From Podarcis cretensis (lineage: Eukaryota): a stretch of 64,000 nt of DNA. Location of the stretch: positions 31,806,001 to 31,870,000 of the forward strand of contig OX638152.1 in the NCBI GenBank assembly GCA_951804945.1. The letters are read 5' to 3'. The notes beneath the pieces were generated by a model. The model was not told where the DNA came from. It saw nothing but the letters and a program-made list of their open reading frames with translations, and made no database searches. Below are positions 26,968-40,732 of this stretch, piece after piece. Positions within the stretch are counted from its first letter, which is position 1. Each line of letters starts with the position of its first letter. The translations under genes were made by a program, and so were the position numbers.

Positions 26968-29900
26968 CTGAGGGTGTAAAGTTATAATGGAACAAAAGAA
27001 GCACTGGAGCTTCATCTGCTGAAGAAGACTGATGATGCTTTTTATTCAGCCTCTCTCTCCTCTCCCTTCACTCCCTCTGTCTCCCTCTCTCCCTCACAAT
27101 AGACACAAATTAATGACACTGGAAGGTTGAGCTCACCCCAGTTCCTGTGATAATTGGGTAGCCAAGTTGAGTTTTCAGATAACCATAAAGCGATGGGGCT
27201 GCAGTTTTTAACTTCAGAAAGCAGAAAAGTGCTTGTGTACCTCTGTGAGGGCGAGCGAGTGAAAGAGTGTACAGCACTGAGTGAGGAGGGAAAATGAATG
27301 GGGAGAATGAGAAGATGGGTGACCTTTTCAGATGGCAAAGGTTAAAGTCTCTCTTCCACTACTTACTTTGCATTGCCCTTTTTTAATGTCAGGAATGGCA
27401 TTTTGCAGTGAAGGAAAATGGGAGCCTGTGAGAGAACTGACCTCCCCCCCCCCTCCATTGGCATACATCTGTCTTCATTGGCATGCCTCTGCTGTTTCTA
27501 AAGCCTCTGTGAAATGTGGCATGGATGTGGACCATCTCACCTTGATGAGGAAAACAAATACATGGTTATCCATCTCATTCCTACTGGGATTTATTATTTG
27601 CCACTTCTTGGGAAAGACCTGGAAAAGAAATCATGGGGGGGATCATAGCAGTGATCACAACTCAGGATTTATTTGTCTCACCACTCCGCAACTTAGCTAT
27701 AACGAATCATGAGATTTAAGGATCACAGATACAACTGACAAGGCTGGATCCCAATCTGAGCTGAGGAGAGATCCTCAGGTCCAGACTTGATCAACAGAAC
27801 CTCCAGAGTCAGAGGCAGTATACCAGTGAATAACACCTGCTAACGCCAACATCTGTGGAGAATGAATACTTTCACATTGTACCAGTGAGCCTCCCCAAGA
27901 ATCTCTGTCTGGAAACTGAAGGAAACAAGATGAAGGACTTGATGGACCTTTGAACAAAACAGCCCTGATGGATCAAACCAAAGAAAAGTCAAATGTTTTT
28001 CTGTTGACTGTTGCAAAATGCTTTGCTTAAGCTGAAGTAGCTCTTCAGATTCCTTCCACAGTCTCTAAGCCTATGCCTTTTTCTGACAATTAGACAACTG
28101 CAGCTTGTACCTACATCTGGGATTTAGAGGAGCGAATCTGATATTTAGGAAGTTGCAAGGTCTATTCAGAATTAAACATCAGCTCAGACCTTAGCACCTG
28201 CATCTATGGGCTGCTTTCTTACAACTGTGGGGTGTAAGAAAGGATTAAGAATCCCTGCTATAACAATTGTCAGCTCTCCACTATTTGGACGGCTGAATTT
28301 GAGCTGCTGCTGAAACAGGCTTCCTTTTACCTGCAGGGGTAACCAAGCCTTTATCATGTATAGGATTGGTGAATGGTTTAGAATCTGTTGAGATAAAGAG
28401 AGCATTATAAATGGAAGATGATATTATGGTGCAGAAACATTGTTGTTGCTCTATACCTAGTGGCTGGTTGAATGATTTAGTGAATAATTATCTGATAGGA
28501 AGCTGCAGCAACGTACCCCAGGGCCACACATTAACAATGTTGATAAAAAGGAACTGCTGCTAAGTACACCTTATCATGACACATGAACCATGGGACTCCA
28601 TTCAAAATAAAAGTACCTGGTGAAGCAAACCCTACAGAAAAGCAGTGGCTCTTTTTTCATGCTGATTCTAGCATCAAACCCAACGCTACTACCTGAAAAG
28701 TGGCAAGATAGAATTGTCAAGCAAGGTGAAAACTAACAGTTTGCAATTTGTTTATTCCCAGCCACAAGCAGAGGCCCTATGGGAAGGGTAGAGCATCTGC
28801 TTTTCATACAGGCATCCCCAGGTAGGAGTGGGAAAGACTACTGGCTGGAACCCTGGAGAGACACTGTCAGTATAGGCAGTATAGACAATAGGCAGTGAGT
28901 AATTAACTTATTCCCCTGAGCCACCAAATTGCATATGGATCCTCAGCCACAATTTTCCACCTGGCTCTGTTTGGTATGACTTTGGGTTCTAGTAAAAAGC
29001 AAAGTAGTTCCTGCCCACCTGGCAGTAGGGCTCACCACCTGGTATCCTTGGGCAGATACTAGAGACTCTTTATCTCGGCAGGGCATATTGTGAAGGTCTA
29101 CCTTGGAGCCTCCTTTAATATTAAAATTGTGCCTGCATCCAGTCTTCCAGCATTGCTCAGACCACCACTGCTGTTGTCTGCTGTCACCAGGTAAATCTAC
29201 CAGGGTGCATTGACAAAGAAGGGAACAATAAACAGATAGTATTTTGCCCATTCCTGGTAGTCTGCTTGGAGAGGCAAATGAGATGTGGACTAGCAGCAGC
29301 AGCCATCTGTCAGAGTGTAGGGAACACCCGCCCCAAATGGGAGATCACAGGTAGTCAGGGGATAGTCAGTGTTGGACTCCAACTACCAGCATGACCAATG
29401 GTCAAGTATAATGGGTGTTAGGAGTTCAACAACATCTGGAGGGCATCACATTGGCTACCTGTTATATAGATACATCTTGCAAGGTGATACGTCATTTTAC
29501 AATTCCATCTCATGTTCCAGAATGATGATGGGCAATCAGGTTAAAAATCCTCTTACACAGGCTGGGGGAGGGGGGTTTTCTTCCAGTGATGTTCATAAGA
29601 AACAGAGTGGTGAGTGCCAAGGTCACTGCTTAACTTCATTCCAGGTATAATTGTTTTTCAAGGCTTGGCAAAAAATAATAATCAAATCCCTATGCACCAA
29701 AATCCAGCTTTTAAAGTGAACAAGGAGCTGGGTGTCATGGCTCCCTCTGTGCATTCTTATCAGACCAGGTGAGGGAAGCACTTGAGAAAAGGGACTCAGA
29801 CTGGAAGGAAGGTGGGGATGAGACAACACAGCAGAGTGCTCTTGATAAAGCCCTTTGTACCTGGACCTACTGATGACATGGGAGACCGAAGGAATACTCC

Positions 29901-30179
29901 TTCCCTGTGCATGAAGAATGAGGGGGTCTCGGGGGCATGATCTGCTCTGACAGTTGGAGGTGGGTCTGTCTCTGTCTCCCAGAGAGAGGTGACATATCAA
30001 GCAGAAAGAGGAGAATTGACTCCTGAGGCAGAACATCCACCTGCAGGACAAGAATTCCCACAGGGGCAGGGATTATTGTGAGTAGCTGGGGAGTCTTGGT
30101 TGCTGCTTAAATGCTTGACAGATAGGTGGAGAAACACACTGGAACAACTTCACAGCTCCTATGCAGTGTTGCACCTCTT

Positions 30180-31674
30180 TTTAAAAAAAAATATATTTTT
30201 TTCTTGATTTTTCCATATATACTTCTTCTAACAATATATCTTTAACAATTATTCATATTTTGACCCACCTCCCCTGGACTTCCCTCATACTCCCGTTTTG
30301 TTTTGTTTCCATATTGTTCACTCTACGTATTGTTTCCCCAAAATTTTCTCAATACATATACAGTACAGTGGTACCTCGGGTTAAGAACTTAATTCGTTCT
30401 GGAGGTCTGTTCTTAACCTGAAACTGTTCTTAATCTGAAGCACCACTTTAGCTAATGGGGCCTCCTGCTGCCGCTGCGCCGCCGCTGCACAATTTCTGTT
30501 CTCATCCTGAAGCAAAGTTCTTAACCTGAGGTAATATTTCTGGGTTAGCGGAGTCCGTAACCTGAAGTGTATGTAACCCAAGGTACCACTGTAGTCTTTT
30601 TTGTTGTTATTGTATACAGTTGTGATTGTTTACTCAAACCCTGCCAATGAGTCCATTTCTTTATGTTGCCTCTTCATATATGTTGTAAATTGTTCCCATT
30701 GTCTTTTAAAAGTCTTTGTTGTCCTTGTCATGTAATTTTTCTGTTAGTTTTGCCAGTTCTGCATATTCTGTAAGTTTCCCTTGCCATTGTTCTTTCGTTG
30801 ATATTTCTTCTGTCTTCCAAGTTTGTGCTAATATAATTCTTGCCGCTGTTGTTGCATACATAAAGAATTTTCACTTTTCTTTTTTTTACATCTTGGTCTA
30901 AAATTCCTAGAAGGAATGCTTCTGGTTTCTTAACAAAAGTCTTTTTAAACATTTTTTTAATTCATTATATATCATTTCCCAATAATTTCTCATCTTTTTT
31001 GCATTCCCACCACGTATGATAGAATGTTCCATCTTTTTTACATTTCCAACAAGTTTTTGATCCCTTTTTATACATTTTGACCACTTTCTCTGGTGTTATA
31101 TACCATCTATACACCATTTTCATGTAGGTCTCTTTCAATAAGATACAATCTGTAAATTTTAGATTCACCTTCCACATCTTTTTCCAATCTTCAAATTGTA
31201 TATTATGACCTAAATCCTGAGCCCACTTTATTTGTTCTGACTTTACCATTTCATCTAACTTTTCCCCATAAAGTAGGAGATTGTACGTTTTTTAAAGTAA
31301 TTTCGTGTCACTCTCGACTATCTCTTTTTGAAAGTTTGAAACTTTATAACTAAAACCTTTCTTATTGTCTTCCTTAAACTGTTCATTTAATTGTCTATGA
31401 TGTAACCAGCTTTGTAAAAAAAGTCTTCAATTCCTCATATCCTTTCAGCCTTAACCCTTTTTCCGCCTCTATTAATAATTTTCTATATGTTGGCCAATTT
31501 CTTCCCTTACTAAGTGGTTTTAATACTAATGCTTCCACCGGCGAGAGCCACCATGAGGTTTTTGGTTCTAGAAAGTCTTTTTATTTATTCCAAACTTTTT
31601 AAGCATTTTTCTTATTATATGATTATGAAAACCTTTATGTTTTTTATCTTTCCCATACCATAAATATGAATGCC
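30180..31674 (-). mobile_element. 5'-truncated L1 LINE (ORF2 C-terminus, 3' UTR and A-rich tail)
   Basis: KMVYRWYITP...CWKCKKDGTFYHTWWEC is a CCHC zinc knuckle, with strong A bias on the minus strand. 18-bp TSD tgcagtgttgca(c/a)ctctt at 30162-30179 and 31675-31692. Confidence 0.93.
30366..30591. mobile_element. Tc1/mariner (Tigger/pogo-like) MITE nested in the L1 3' UTR
   Basis: TIRs cagtggtacct / aggtaccactg with TA TSD. Confidence 0.93.
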
Positions 31675-31704
31675 TGCAGTGTTGCAACTCTTGAACTCCT
31701 AAAC

Positions 31705-31840
31705 CAGGCATAGGCAAACTCGGCCCACCAGATGTTTTGGGACTACAACTCCCATCATCCCTGGCCACTGGTCCTGTTAGCTAGGGATGATGGGAGTTGT
31801 AGTCCCAAAACATCTGGAGGGCTGAGTTTGCCTATGCCTG
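31705..31840. mobile_element. Short palindromic hAT MITE (gactacaactcccatcatccc family)
   Basis: TIRs caggcataggcaaactc / gagtttgcctatgcctg with perfect 8-bp TSD tcctaaac. Decayed relatives lie near 20258, 29360, 45360, 55960, 57225, 58820, 59748 and 63915. Confidence 0.93.
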
Positions 31841-32007
31841 TCCTAAACCATGGCCCTTGCTCCTGAAGAGGATTTATACTTCTTACTCATTTGTGTTGTA
31901 AGAGCACCTGGACTAGATCTTGCTATTTCCTAGCCACTGAGTTTGTACTGTTAGATGGTCATAATAAATGTTCACTGATTTAACTGTAAGTAAGTGTGTT
32001 TGTTGAC

Positions 32008-32370
32008 GGGACGCAGGTGGCGCTGTGGGTTAAAGCCTCAGCGCCTAGGGCTTGCCGATCGAAAGGTCGGCGGTTCGAATCCCTGCGGCGGAGTGCGCTC
32101 CCGCTGCTCGGTCCCAGCGCCTGCCAACCTAGCAGTTCGAAAGCACCTCCGGGTGCAAGTAGATAAATAGGGACCGCTTACCAGCGGGAAGGTAAACAGC
32201 GTTTCCGTGTGCGGCTCTGGTTCGCCAGAGCAGCGATGTCACGCTGGCCACGTGACCCGGAAGTGTCTCCGGACAGCGCTGGCCCCTGGCCTCTTAAGTG
32301 AGATGGGCGCACAACCCCAGAGTCTGTCAAGACTGGCCCATACGGGCAGGGGTACCTTTACCTTTACCTT
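32008..32370 (+). mobile_element. Full-length young Sauria SINE
   Basis: Nearly identical to 26327-26689. Perfect 14-bp TSD taagtgtgtttgtt at 31991-32004 and 32371-32384. Confidence 0.97.
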
Positions 32371-33959
32371 TAAGTGTGTTTGTTACTGGTTTGGGACAGT
32401 CAAGACACTGGGATTGTTCCAGGTCTGTATTTTTAAAGCACTTTTTACCTTCAGTGCCACAAAGAACTTTCTAGAGACAGGGCCCGTGAAGTGGACTGAA
32501 GCAGCTACCTTGGACAGCAGTGCCCTGCCCACCCCTGCTGCCACTAGGATTGTTCAGCAGCAGCTTCTGGTAAGATTGTGTGAGATCTCCTGGAGCTCCT
32601 GTGAGAGCTCCATGGCCTCTTAAGAGACCTTGCCAGAGGCCACCATTGCTGCAGAACCCTGGTAAGCAAGGGTTTTTTTTGGGGGGGGGGCAGCAAGAGC
32701 AAGGACTTACTATTTTGCCTCAGGTGAAATGGGATGGGCTGTCGCTGCCTGGAGATTTTGCAGAGATACTGAAGACTGAAAAGGCAAAGACATCCCATTA
32801 AGGGAGGGAAACATCCAAGAACAGCCATCCAAAACCAACCTAGAAGATTTTCATAATTCTCCTCTCAAAAGGGAATCCCTCAAGGAGAAGCAACCAAAGT
32901 GTCCTTTGCCATTGACATGCTGTTCACAAGCGCTCCTGCCATGTTGGCTAATATATTAACATTGATATTTGTGTTTGAACAAGAAGGTCTGTCTTCATCT
33001 GCTCCTCAGTGATCTTGGTAGTCAAGTTATCCCAAAGCTGACTTTGTGGAAGCAAAAAGAAGAAGAAAAGCACTATGGCAACAGACAGCAATATCACAAA
33101 GACAGAGCTGGGATCTCACAGCACAGGAAACTGGCTTGGATGGAAAGAGACAGACTTGCAGAGCTACCAAAAAAAGTTTAGATGATAACAATGGGAACAC
33201 AGGGATTATGATGAGAATGCAGTCTTCTTTTTTGAACCCTCCTCTTTTAGAAGATGCCTGGGAGTCTTCCAAATTTATCCATTCCACCCATATTTGCTGC
33301 ATACAAGTAGAAACCTCATGACTGGAAGGTGTTTTATGTTGTCCCATTCTCCGTCTTAGGCATATAACATGGGCTTGACTGCACGTCCAGTAATTATCTA
33401 GCTGTGCATCGCAAAACCTCTATTTCAGGGGTTTCTAATGTACAGCTGAGTTGCCTACATTCTCCAAATCTGGGAATTCCTGCAAGACAATAATTGAGTG
33501 TTTAAGAAAGAGGACTGATTTATGGTCCAGCTTCTGCTGCACCATGTGTGGCGACAGAACTCCCACAAGTCAGACATTTGTCACATATAATTCCCCATCT
33601 CCCTTTTCCCCACCCCCTGTCTCATCACCCAGCCAATCACCTTTTTCTTTGTCTATCCTTTTTAAAGATTTGGTTTTTTAGGGAGAGGGATATTTTGACA
33701 AAGGCATCCAAATTTACAAATCAAGAAGTTATAGAGAACAGGCTAGTTTGAAAGGAGGTGTGATCACTACATTAGCTTTTTTTGCCACCATTGCATCTGC
33801 AGTGGAGCTGTTTTACATAACAAGGAAACCTCCTTCATGTGGGTCCAGGGCATCTACTTGCAGAAACCTCAGAGGCTGGCTGTGACCAATTTGCAACTTG
33901 GATGCCATAATCATCGCAAAGTCCAAGTCCAAGTCCAAGGCATCCAGGATGCCATCTGG

Positions 33960-34200
33960 CCATGTTATTGCTTTTAGATTATGCAGCCTGAGGAGGTTGA
34001 CGACTTGATTGGCCTACCACATATGCACTGGATCCTTGCCCTTCCTGGTTACTGAAATTGGCCGGCTGGTAGGGATTTCAGTCTGGACCTCGGCAGTAGG
34101 TAAAGCTCTTTGAGGGACAGTATAGTCCCCGATGCCCAGAAGAAGACAGTAGCTTCACACTATTGGGGATGGGGGGGGGCTTGGACCCTTTAATTTTGGG
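33960..34200 (+). mobile_element. Old L2 fragment (region upstream of RT)
   Basis: accacatatgcactggatccttgcccttcctggttactgaaa encodes TTYALDPCPSWLLK, typical of L2 ORF2. Confidence 0.6.
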
Positions 34201-35357
34201 TCTTTTTCCACTAGTGTCTCATTTACTTACTTACTTAATAATATTTATATATAACAAGAGGTGTAGGACAGGTGGGCATAGCTTGGCCAAAACAGCCTGG
34301 CTGGCAAAATGAGAAAGGCTGGCAGGCCTTATAGGTCTGCTGCGTAAGTTCTTCACCCCTGCACTTTATTCACTGTATGTCTCCAAACCGGATTGTAAAT
34401 CAGATTGGAAAGAATCCAAATAACCAGCATCATAAAATACCTTCTATGCCAGCTTTTAAAAACTATTCTATTCTGCCAGGCCTATGTAGGCAATTAAGAA
34501 TACATCCTTCCATGATGGTTAATTGATGTCTGCTTTAAACTTTTAAAATGCTTTTCATTGTTTTCATTGTTTAGTTTTATGTTATATGCCCTGAAGTGTA
34601 GCTTGGAAGCACTTGAAATAAGTAAACACATACCTATGAATGTGCAAATTGTGTTAGAGATTTGTAAAAAGGAAATGAGTGGGAAAGATCATGGGGCAGG
34701 AAACAATTTATGCCTGCCCCACACATCTCCAGCGACAAACATGCTTGTCCAAGAATAGGCCACTGGATGTTGTGAAGAGAGGTGACAAAATGACACCATT
34801 TTGGTGGGCTTCAGTATTGCATAACCATTAGGATCTCTGAATCCAGTTGCTTGCTTTTTGTCATCCTCACCACTAAATTAAGTGTATTTGTTTATCAAAA
34901 GATTGATTTCTTGCTATCCAAAGGATAGTCAGAGTTGATTTCAAAGAAAACAATGTGCAATACAACATCAAAATTAGGAAAGAGCACAGAGAAACGCAGC
35001 AGCAGAGCAGTCATTAACAAAACAAATAAATCTGACTAGTTGAACCAGAAACATGCAAAAATACATTGGTCTGGTATCCGGATGAAGTCATGAGGCAGAG
35101 TAGACCTAAGGTTCCTGTCATAAAGGACAAGAGTCTTCCCCATTCCATGGAAAGAAGTTAATCGGATTACCAGTAATCATTGTTGTTGTTATAACATTAT
35201 TATTATTATTATTAAAATTAAAATTTGTATACCTCCCTTCATCTGTAGATCTCAGGGCTGTTCACAACATCAGAATACAAGATAAAAAACAAGCAAAATA
35301 CCTAATTATAGCAAGAACAAACCAATAACCCCTTCCCCCCACCCCAAGTTGAATCTT

Positions 35358-35692
35358 AAAAAGGTAAAGGACCCCTGACAATTAAGTCCAGTCACAGATG
35401 ACTCTGGGTTTGCGATGTTCATCTTGCTCTACTGGCTGAGGGAGCCGATGTTTGTCTGCAGACAGTTTTTCTGGGTCATGTGGCCAGCATGATTAAACTG
35501 CTTCTGGCAAACCAGAGCAGTGTACGGAAATGCCGTTTACCTTCCCACCGGAGCAGTACCTATTTATCTACTTCCACTTTGATGTGCTTTCGAAGCTGGG
35601 ACCGAGCAACGGGAGCTCACTCCATCGCAGGGATTCGAACCGCTGACCTTCTGATCGGCAAGCCCTAGACTCAGTGGTTTAGACCACAGCGC
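35358..35692 (-). mobile_element. Sauria SINE, older subfamily, next to an L2-type 3' tail (about 35195-35345)
   Basis: aaaggtaaaggacccctgac tail, tacctatttatctactt core and ggattcgaacc (reverse-complemented B box). Confidence 0.9.
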
Positions 35693-38600
35693 ACTTCAAC
35701 ACTAATTATGGGACAGCATCTTTCACTGCATCTGAGAGCCACCAGCTACCTTAAGGGACAGCCATAGCCCTGTCCTCACTGCCACTGCATGCCCACAGCA
35801 TCTATCACCAGAGGTGACTTCCTAATGGTGGGTCTGAATCTGTATCTTGGGGAAATGGAGCTCCAGAGGCTCAGAAGACCCAATCCCTAGTCACCACCTG
35901 CCTCCCTACTGAAGGTCCTTTGCTGTAGATACAAGTGAATGGACAGGTTTACAGGGCAGAAGGCAGGTCTTGCCCAGGCCATTTAGTGCTTCAGAGGTTA
36001 AAAATTTGAATTTCACACAGACGCATTCCAAGAGTCACATTCTGAGTCCTGCAAAATAGGATGTAATGTATTCATTGCTGCATGCTCCTATTTAACAATC
36101 TGACATTTTGAATCAGCTGGTATTTCCTGGTGGTCTCCAAAGGCAGCCCCACATACAACCTATTAAAATAATAGTATTATTATTTTATTATAGTATTATT
36201 TTCCCCCTTTATAGCTAAGCTTAAATCTCAGTAGCATTTCTTTTCCTCTTTCTTGGAGGAAACAAACAACAACCCAATCCTTCAGATCACTTCCTTTGCT
36301 GCATCCCACACTTGCGACCTCATGAATATTTCTTTCTTCTTTTCTGGCTTCCTTGAATGATCACATTTTAGGCCATAGACTTCTGGCTATGAACGGCTGT
36401 CTCTCCCAAACGTTACTTATTTGCATATCACGGTATTAAAGCCCTGTGATCACCAAGCATCTTTAACAGACTGACAGCCTGATGTATCACCTCTTAAGTA
36501 TACACAAACAGTGCTAGTGATAAACTGTCTCCAAACGTATTGATTGGGAAGCCATAGCATATACATCTTGATCATTCTCCTTTCTGGCTATTTCCTTGGT
36601 TGATTGCTGTAAGTGAAACGGCGCAGTCGGCAAATCCTCACGTCAACTTTGCTAGCAAAAAAGTATCAGGTGCTCCAGCCTAATTCATTACCGCTTACAG
36701 CCTGAGAACAATTTATAGCCTGGTGTGCCACTGTGATAGGCTAATCAGGTCAAAACAATTCCCCTCTTTGGACCCTTTCCATTATCAAATTGTTCTTGTT
36801 GAGAAGAAGAAATTACATACCGTAGGATTGCATTGGCATGGTCCACCACAAACCATCTGCTCACTGCAGTCCATCTGTTCTCCATATGACAGTAATACTT
36901 CTCATATGAACCTCTCAATTTGCAAAGGGGAGAAGGGAGTGTTGCTAATCCTCACCATACATATGGAGAAGGCTGAAGTGACTCAAGAGTGACACATGCA
37001 ATCATGTGGGGGAATTATCAGCAGAGCCAAAAAAACAGAGTTAGTGCTTGTTGAGTTCCAGGACTGTGTTCCAAATACCTCAAACTACCTTATCTTGCTT
37101 GAACCTGTCATGATGATGTCTTTGGTGGCCCAATTCATATTTACACTAAACATCAAGGACCAGCTAGCACAGAGGCCATAAAGGGGCTAGGAATTCCAAC
37201 CAATTATGGATTTCTGACAAGCATACCTGTATGACACATGTGTTTGTCAGTTGTGAAGGCACCTGTGGGCATTAGTCACTGTTTTTCCTTTGAAAATCCA
37301 GAGAAATTGGAGCCAAGCCATTTCTTGGCTACTGCTTAGATGCATTTAAAAACCTATCTATTACAGAGAAAATAATGCACACATATCCCCTTCATAACTA
37401 ACATGGAATTGGTGATGGGTGAGCTACCCTTGGTTTGGAATGGACTTGGTTAATGCAATCCTCCTCCTCCACTCAGTACATTTTGATATTTGAACCACAT
37501 TGTACTCCATGACTAAACCCTGCCTGATCAGGCATTCTCTTCCCTCAAATCTTAGCAACAATAGAGAGATCTGGTGGAAAGCTTCTCTGGGATAAGGCCT
37601 TCATTCACCTTCGGGTTTCAAACACATTTCTCATGTCTCCTGAGTGCTTAGTTGTCAGATACCTTAGAAACTATATTTCCCATTACTCCTGGCATCTGGG
37701 ACATGATGAGCTCTTTGAAAAACCCAAGAAACTTGGGATGACTAATCTGGCAAACCCAAGAGAGAAACAGCTGGTCTTCTGCCAGCAGCTTTAGCAGCCA
37801 ACTGTCAACCTCAATAGTCATCTGTATGGCCGAATGGGGAGCAAACTTGTCTTTGGAAGTGTTGGAAAGCTTCCTGGTTGCCTGTAAAGAGATAAGAAAA
37901 CCATGGGAATAGTGACGCGCAATGGGCAGCAGCTGCTACAGAAAGTAGTTATCTGGGTGCTCGATACAGGAACATCTGAGAAATGTTGTTTCTCTGTGTC
38001 ACATAACCACTTTGCCATCAAGTATGAATTCACTTTGTCATCCTTCTGGTGCCTGTATTTGAGAGGTTTACCTACTGGGCAGGCAAGATGTTATAATCAA
38101 GAAAACACAGTCAGTTGTTTTGGAAACCAGTCTCAAATGTTTGTTCAGTTCCATTTTTCCCGGTTCTTATTCTGCAAGGACAACTGAATCAGAAGAGTTT
38201 GGCTAGCAGCACTAACAGGTAGAGTAGTGTGTTTGGTATGCAAATATTTGTTTTTTTTAGATGTTCCCCATAGCGTGGCTCATTTCATGGTGGGGCTTTC
38301 CCTCATTTTGGAGGCGAAAAGGTCCCATTACTCCAATCTGCACACTTCCTTATTTTGCAGCATGTACATGTTACCTTTCCATCTAAAAAGGCACTCCATG
38401 TGGTTTATACAAAATCAGAAAACGTATAACAATAGTTACAGCATAATCACAGATGATTTTCACACACCTCTCTTGATAATATATAGATAGACTTGGCATG
38501 CCCCAATACAAAAATAATTAGGCTTTAAAGGATCTCATGTCCCATCCTATCATCTATTCCCATGCTCAGTCTCAGGACACACTTCCTAACAAGTGCCCAG

Positions 38601-40732
38601 CTATTCATGGAAAACCTTAAAGGAATCTTAGGCAGCTACTTCCATTGTTGAATTCCTTATATATGGTTGGATCCAGTATTTAGCCTACTGAGAGTAGATC
38701 CACTGACATTAGACATGATTAAGTTAGGAACACTGATCTCAATGGGTCTACAATCCATACACTTTGTTTTGCCTCCTTGCTCTGGGGAGCATAACCAAGT
38801 TATAATATTCCTGGTGTTTCCCAACACCACCTGACTTAGAGAAAGCATAACAGCACTCACTTTATATTCCTAGTCAAGTACATCTACAAGACACATGGAA
38901 TGAAGTATATTAATCGTAGAATCCACCCAGACCATAATATAGATACTTAACATTAACATACATTTAAACAATGGTTTAATTAGAAATCATTCTCTACAGA
39001 ACACCCAGAGTTCTAATATCCTGGTGTAACCAAACTAACCACTCTGCTCAAACTCTTCTGCCTTTGCTTTCATTGTCTCCCTCTATCTCATCTCTCATTT
39101 TATTCCTTCACAGTCTTTTATTCTCACAACTACTCTCCTATCAAGTGTCATTCTCCAACCAAGGCACTGCCCGCATTTCAAGATCATACCAGAATAGGAA
39201 GCTGCCTTCTTCTGTCAAACCATCGGTCCATCTAGCTCAATAATGCCAACCCTGACAATCAGTGGCTCTCCAGAATTCCAACAGGGGTCTTTCATAGTAC
39301 CTACCTGGAGATGCATGGGATTGATACTACTGTCAGTCATGTTCCCACTCCCTCTTCCACCATGCATGTTTTACCTTAGCTTAAAGAGAGAGATGGTGAA
39401 CCATGAGAGTCTCTTGCCCTTCTGACCCATTCTGCTGCCAGCCCCTTTTCCCGTGTCTTTAATGCATTTGTAGACATTAGAAGGTGGTGGTGCTCACCTG
39501 CGTGTAATGAAAAGCCTCATCTGATTATTTCTGCAGATCAAGCTGCTGTTAAAGGGCAAAGAGCAGATGAGGTTTCCTCTCCCTCCCTTTTTCCAGTTTG
39601 ACAACTTTACGTGCAAAAAAGGCAGAAGTGCTTCTCCTGTGATCCTTCGGCTTATTATGCAAATGTTGCAGACGTCTTCCATTCCCCTTTCTTAAATGAG
39701 CCAGTGCCATAGACCCTGGGATGAACACACCTCAAATCAAACTAATCACAGGTCTTTAATTGGTGCCTTTCTGCACCCCCAGCTATACATAACCCCTGGG
39801 GTCCATATTTTTTATGTCCTCTAAAGGAGCATAAGAAAAGACAGGGCAATAAGGAATGTTATCCTTAAGTACACTTAAAAATAATAAGGGTGAGGAGTTT
39901 CTTTAGTTTGGCATGTTCTATCAGAGACGGGATAATAGAATTTCTAAACCCATTGATTTTATGGCATTAAGAATCTGCTTGATAAGTCAGTGTCTGCACA
40001 CTGCTGATTGCTATCTCTAGCTGTATAAGCAGTACTGTCCCCATTTCATTTTCAGTAAGAAATTGAGGGAGACTTTGCTTCACAAAGAGAAAGGGCTCTG
40101 TGTGTATGTGTGTACGTGCGCACATGCCAAAAAGCCCCTTTGTCATTGGGATGACTTTTACATATGTACCCAATTGCTGGGTGTGTCCATGTGCACACTG
40201 AATTACACCACAGTGAATGAAACAGGTGTAACTATATTGCACACAGCGTTATGGCTAGAATTGGTTGAAATGTGGACCTAATGGCAAATGCAGCTTCTGT
40301 CAGCTGGAAGGAATTGTATAATAAAAGATCACAGAGAGCACTAGGCAATGGGCTACCTGTTCTCTCCCAGTGAGCAGTTGGACTTTAAGGTGTCACAAAT
40401 TCTTTGTCTCTATTTTTAAATATTTGGTTTTCAGGGTTTCTCTAAAATGTCAATCATCCTTTTTCTATGTGCTCAGAGAAATTCAAAGACATGGTCTTGA
40501 TTCAGACCATAGTTTAAAGTTACACACCAAGTTACTCAGGCCCCTATGCCTCGCCTCTCCTCCTCTGGCATGGGGAGAGCAGAGGCATCTGGCTCCACTT
40601 TAAACTATGCAGAGTTTATCATAACATACAAACTGGGAACTGTGGTTTGTTTTAAATATGACTTATCTGAACAAGCCAGGATCAAAAACTGTTGTTTGAC
40701 CATGGTTCTTTTGGACAAACCATAGTTTAAAC

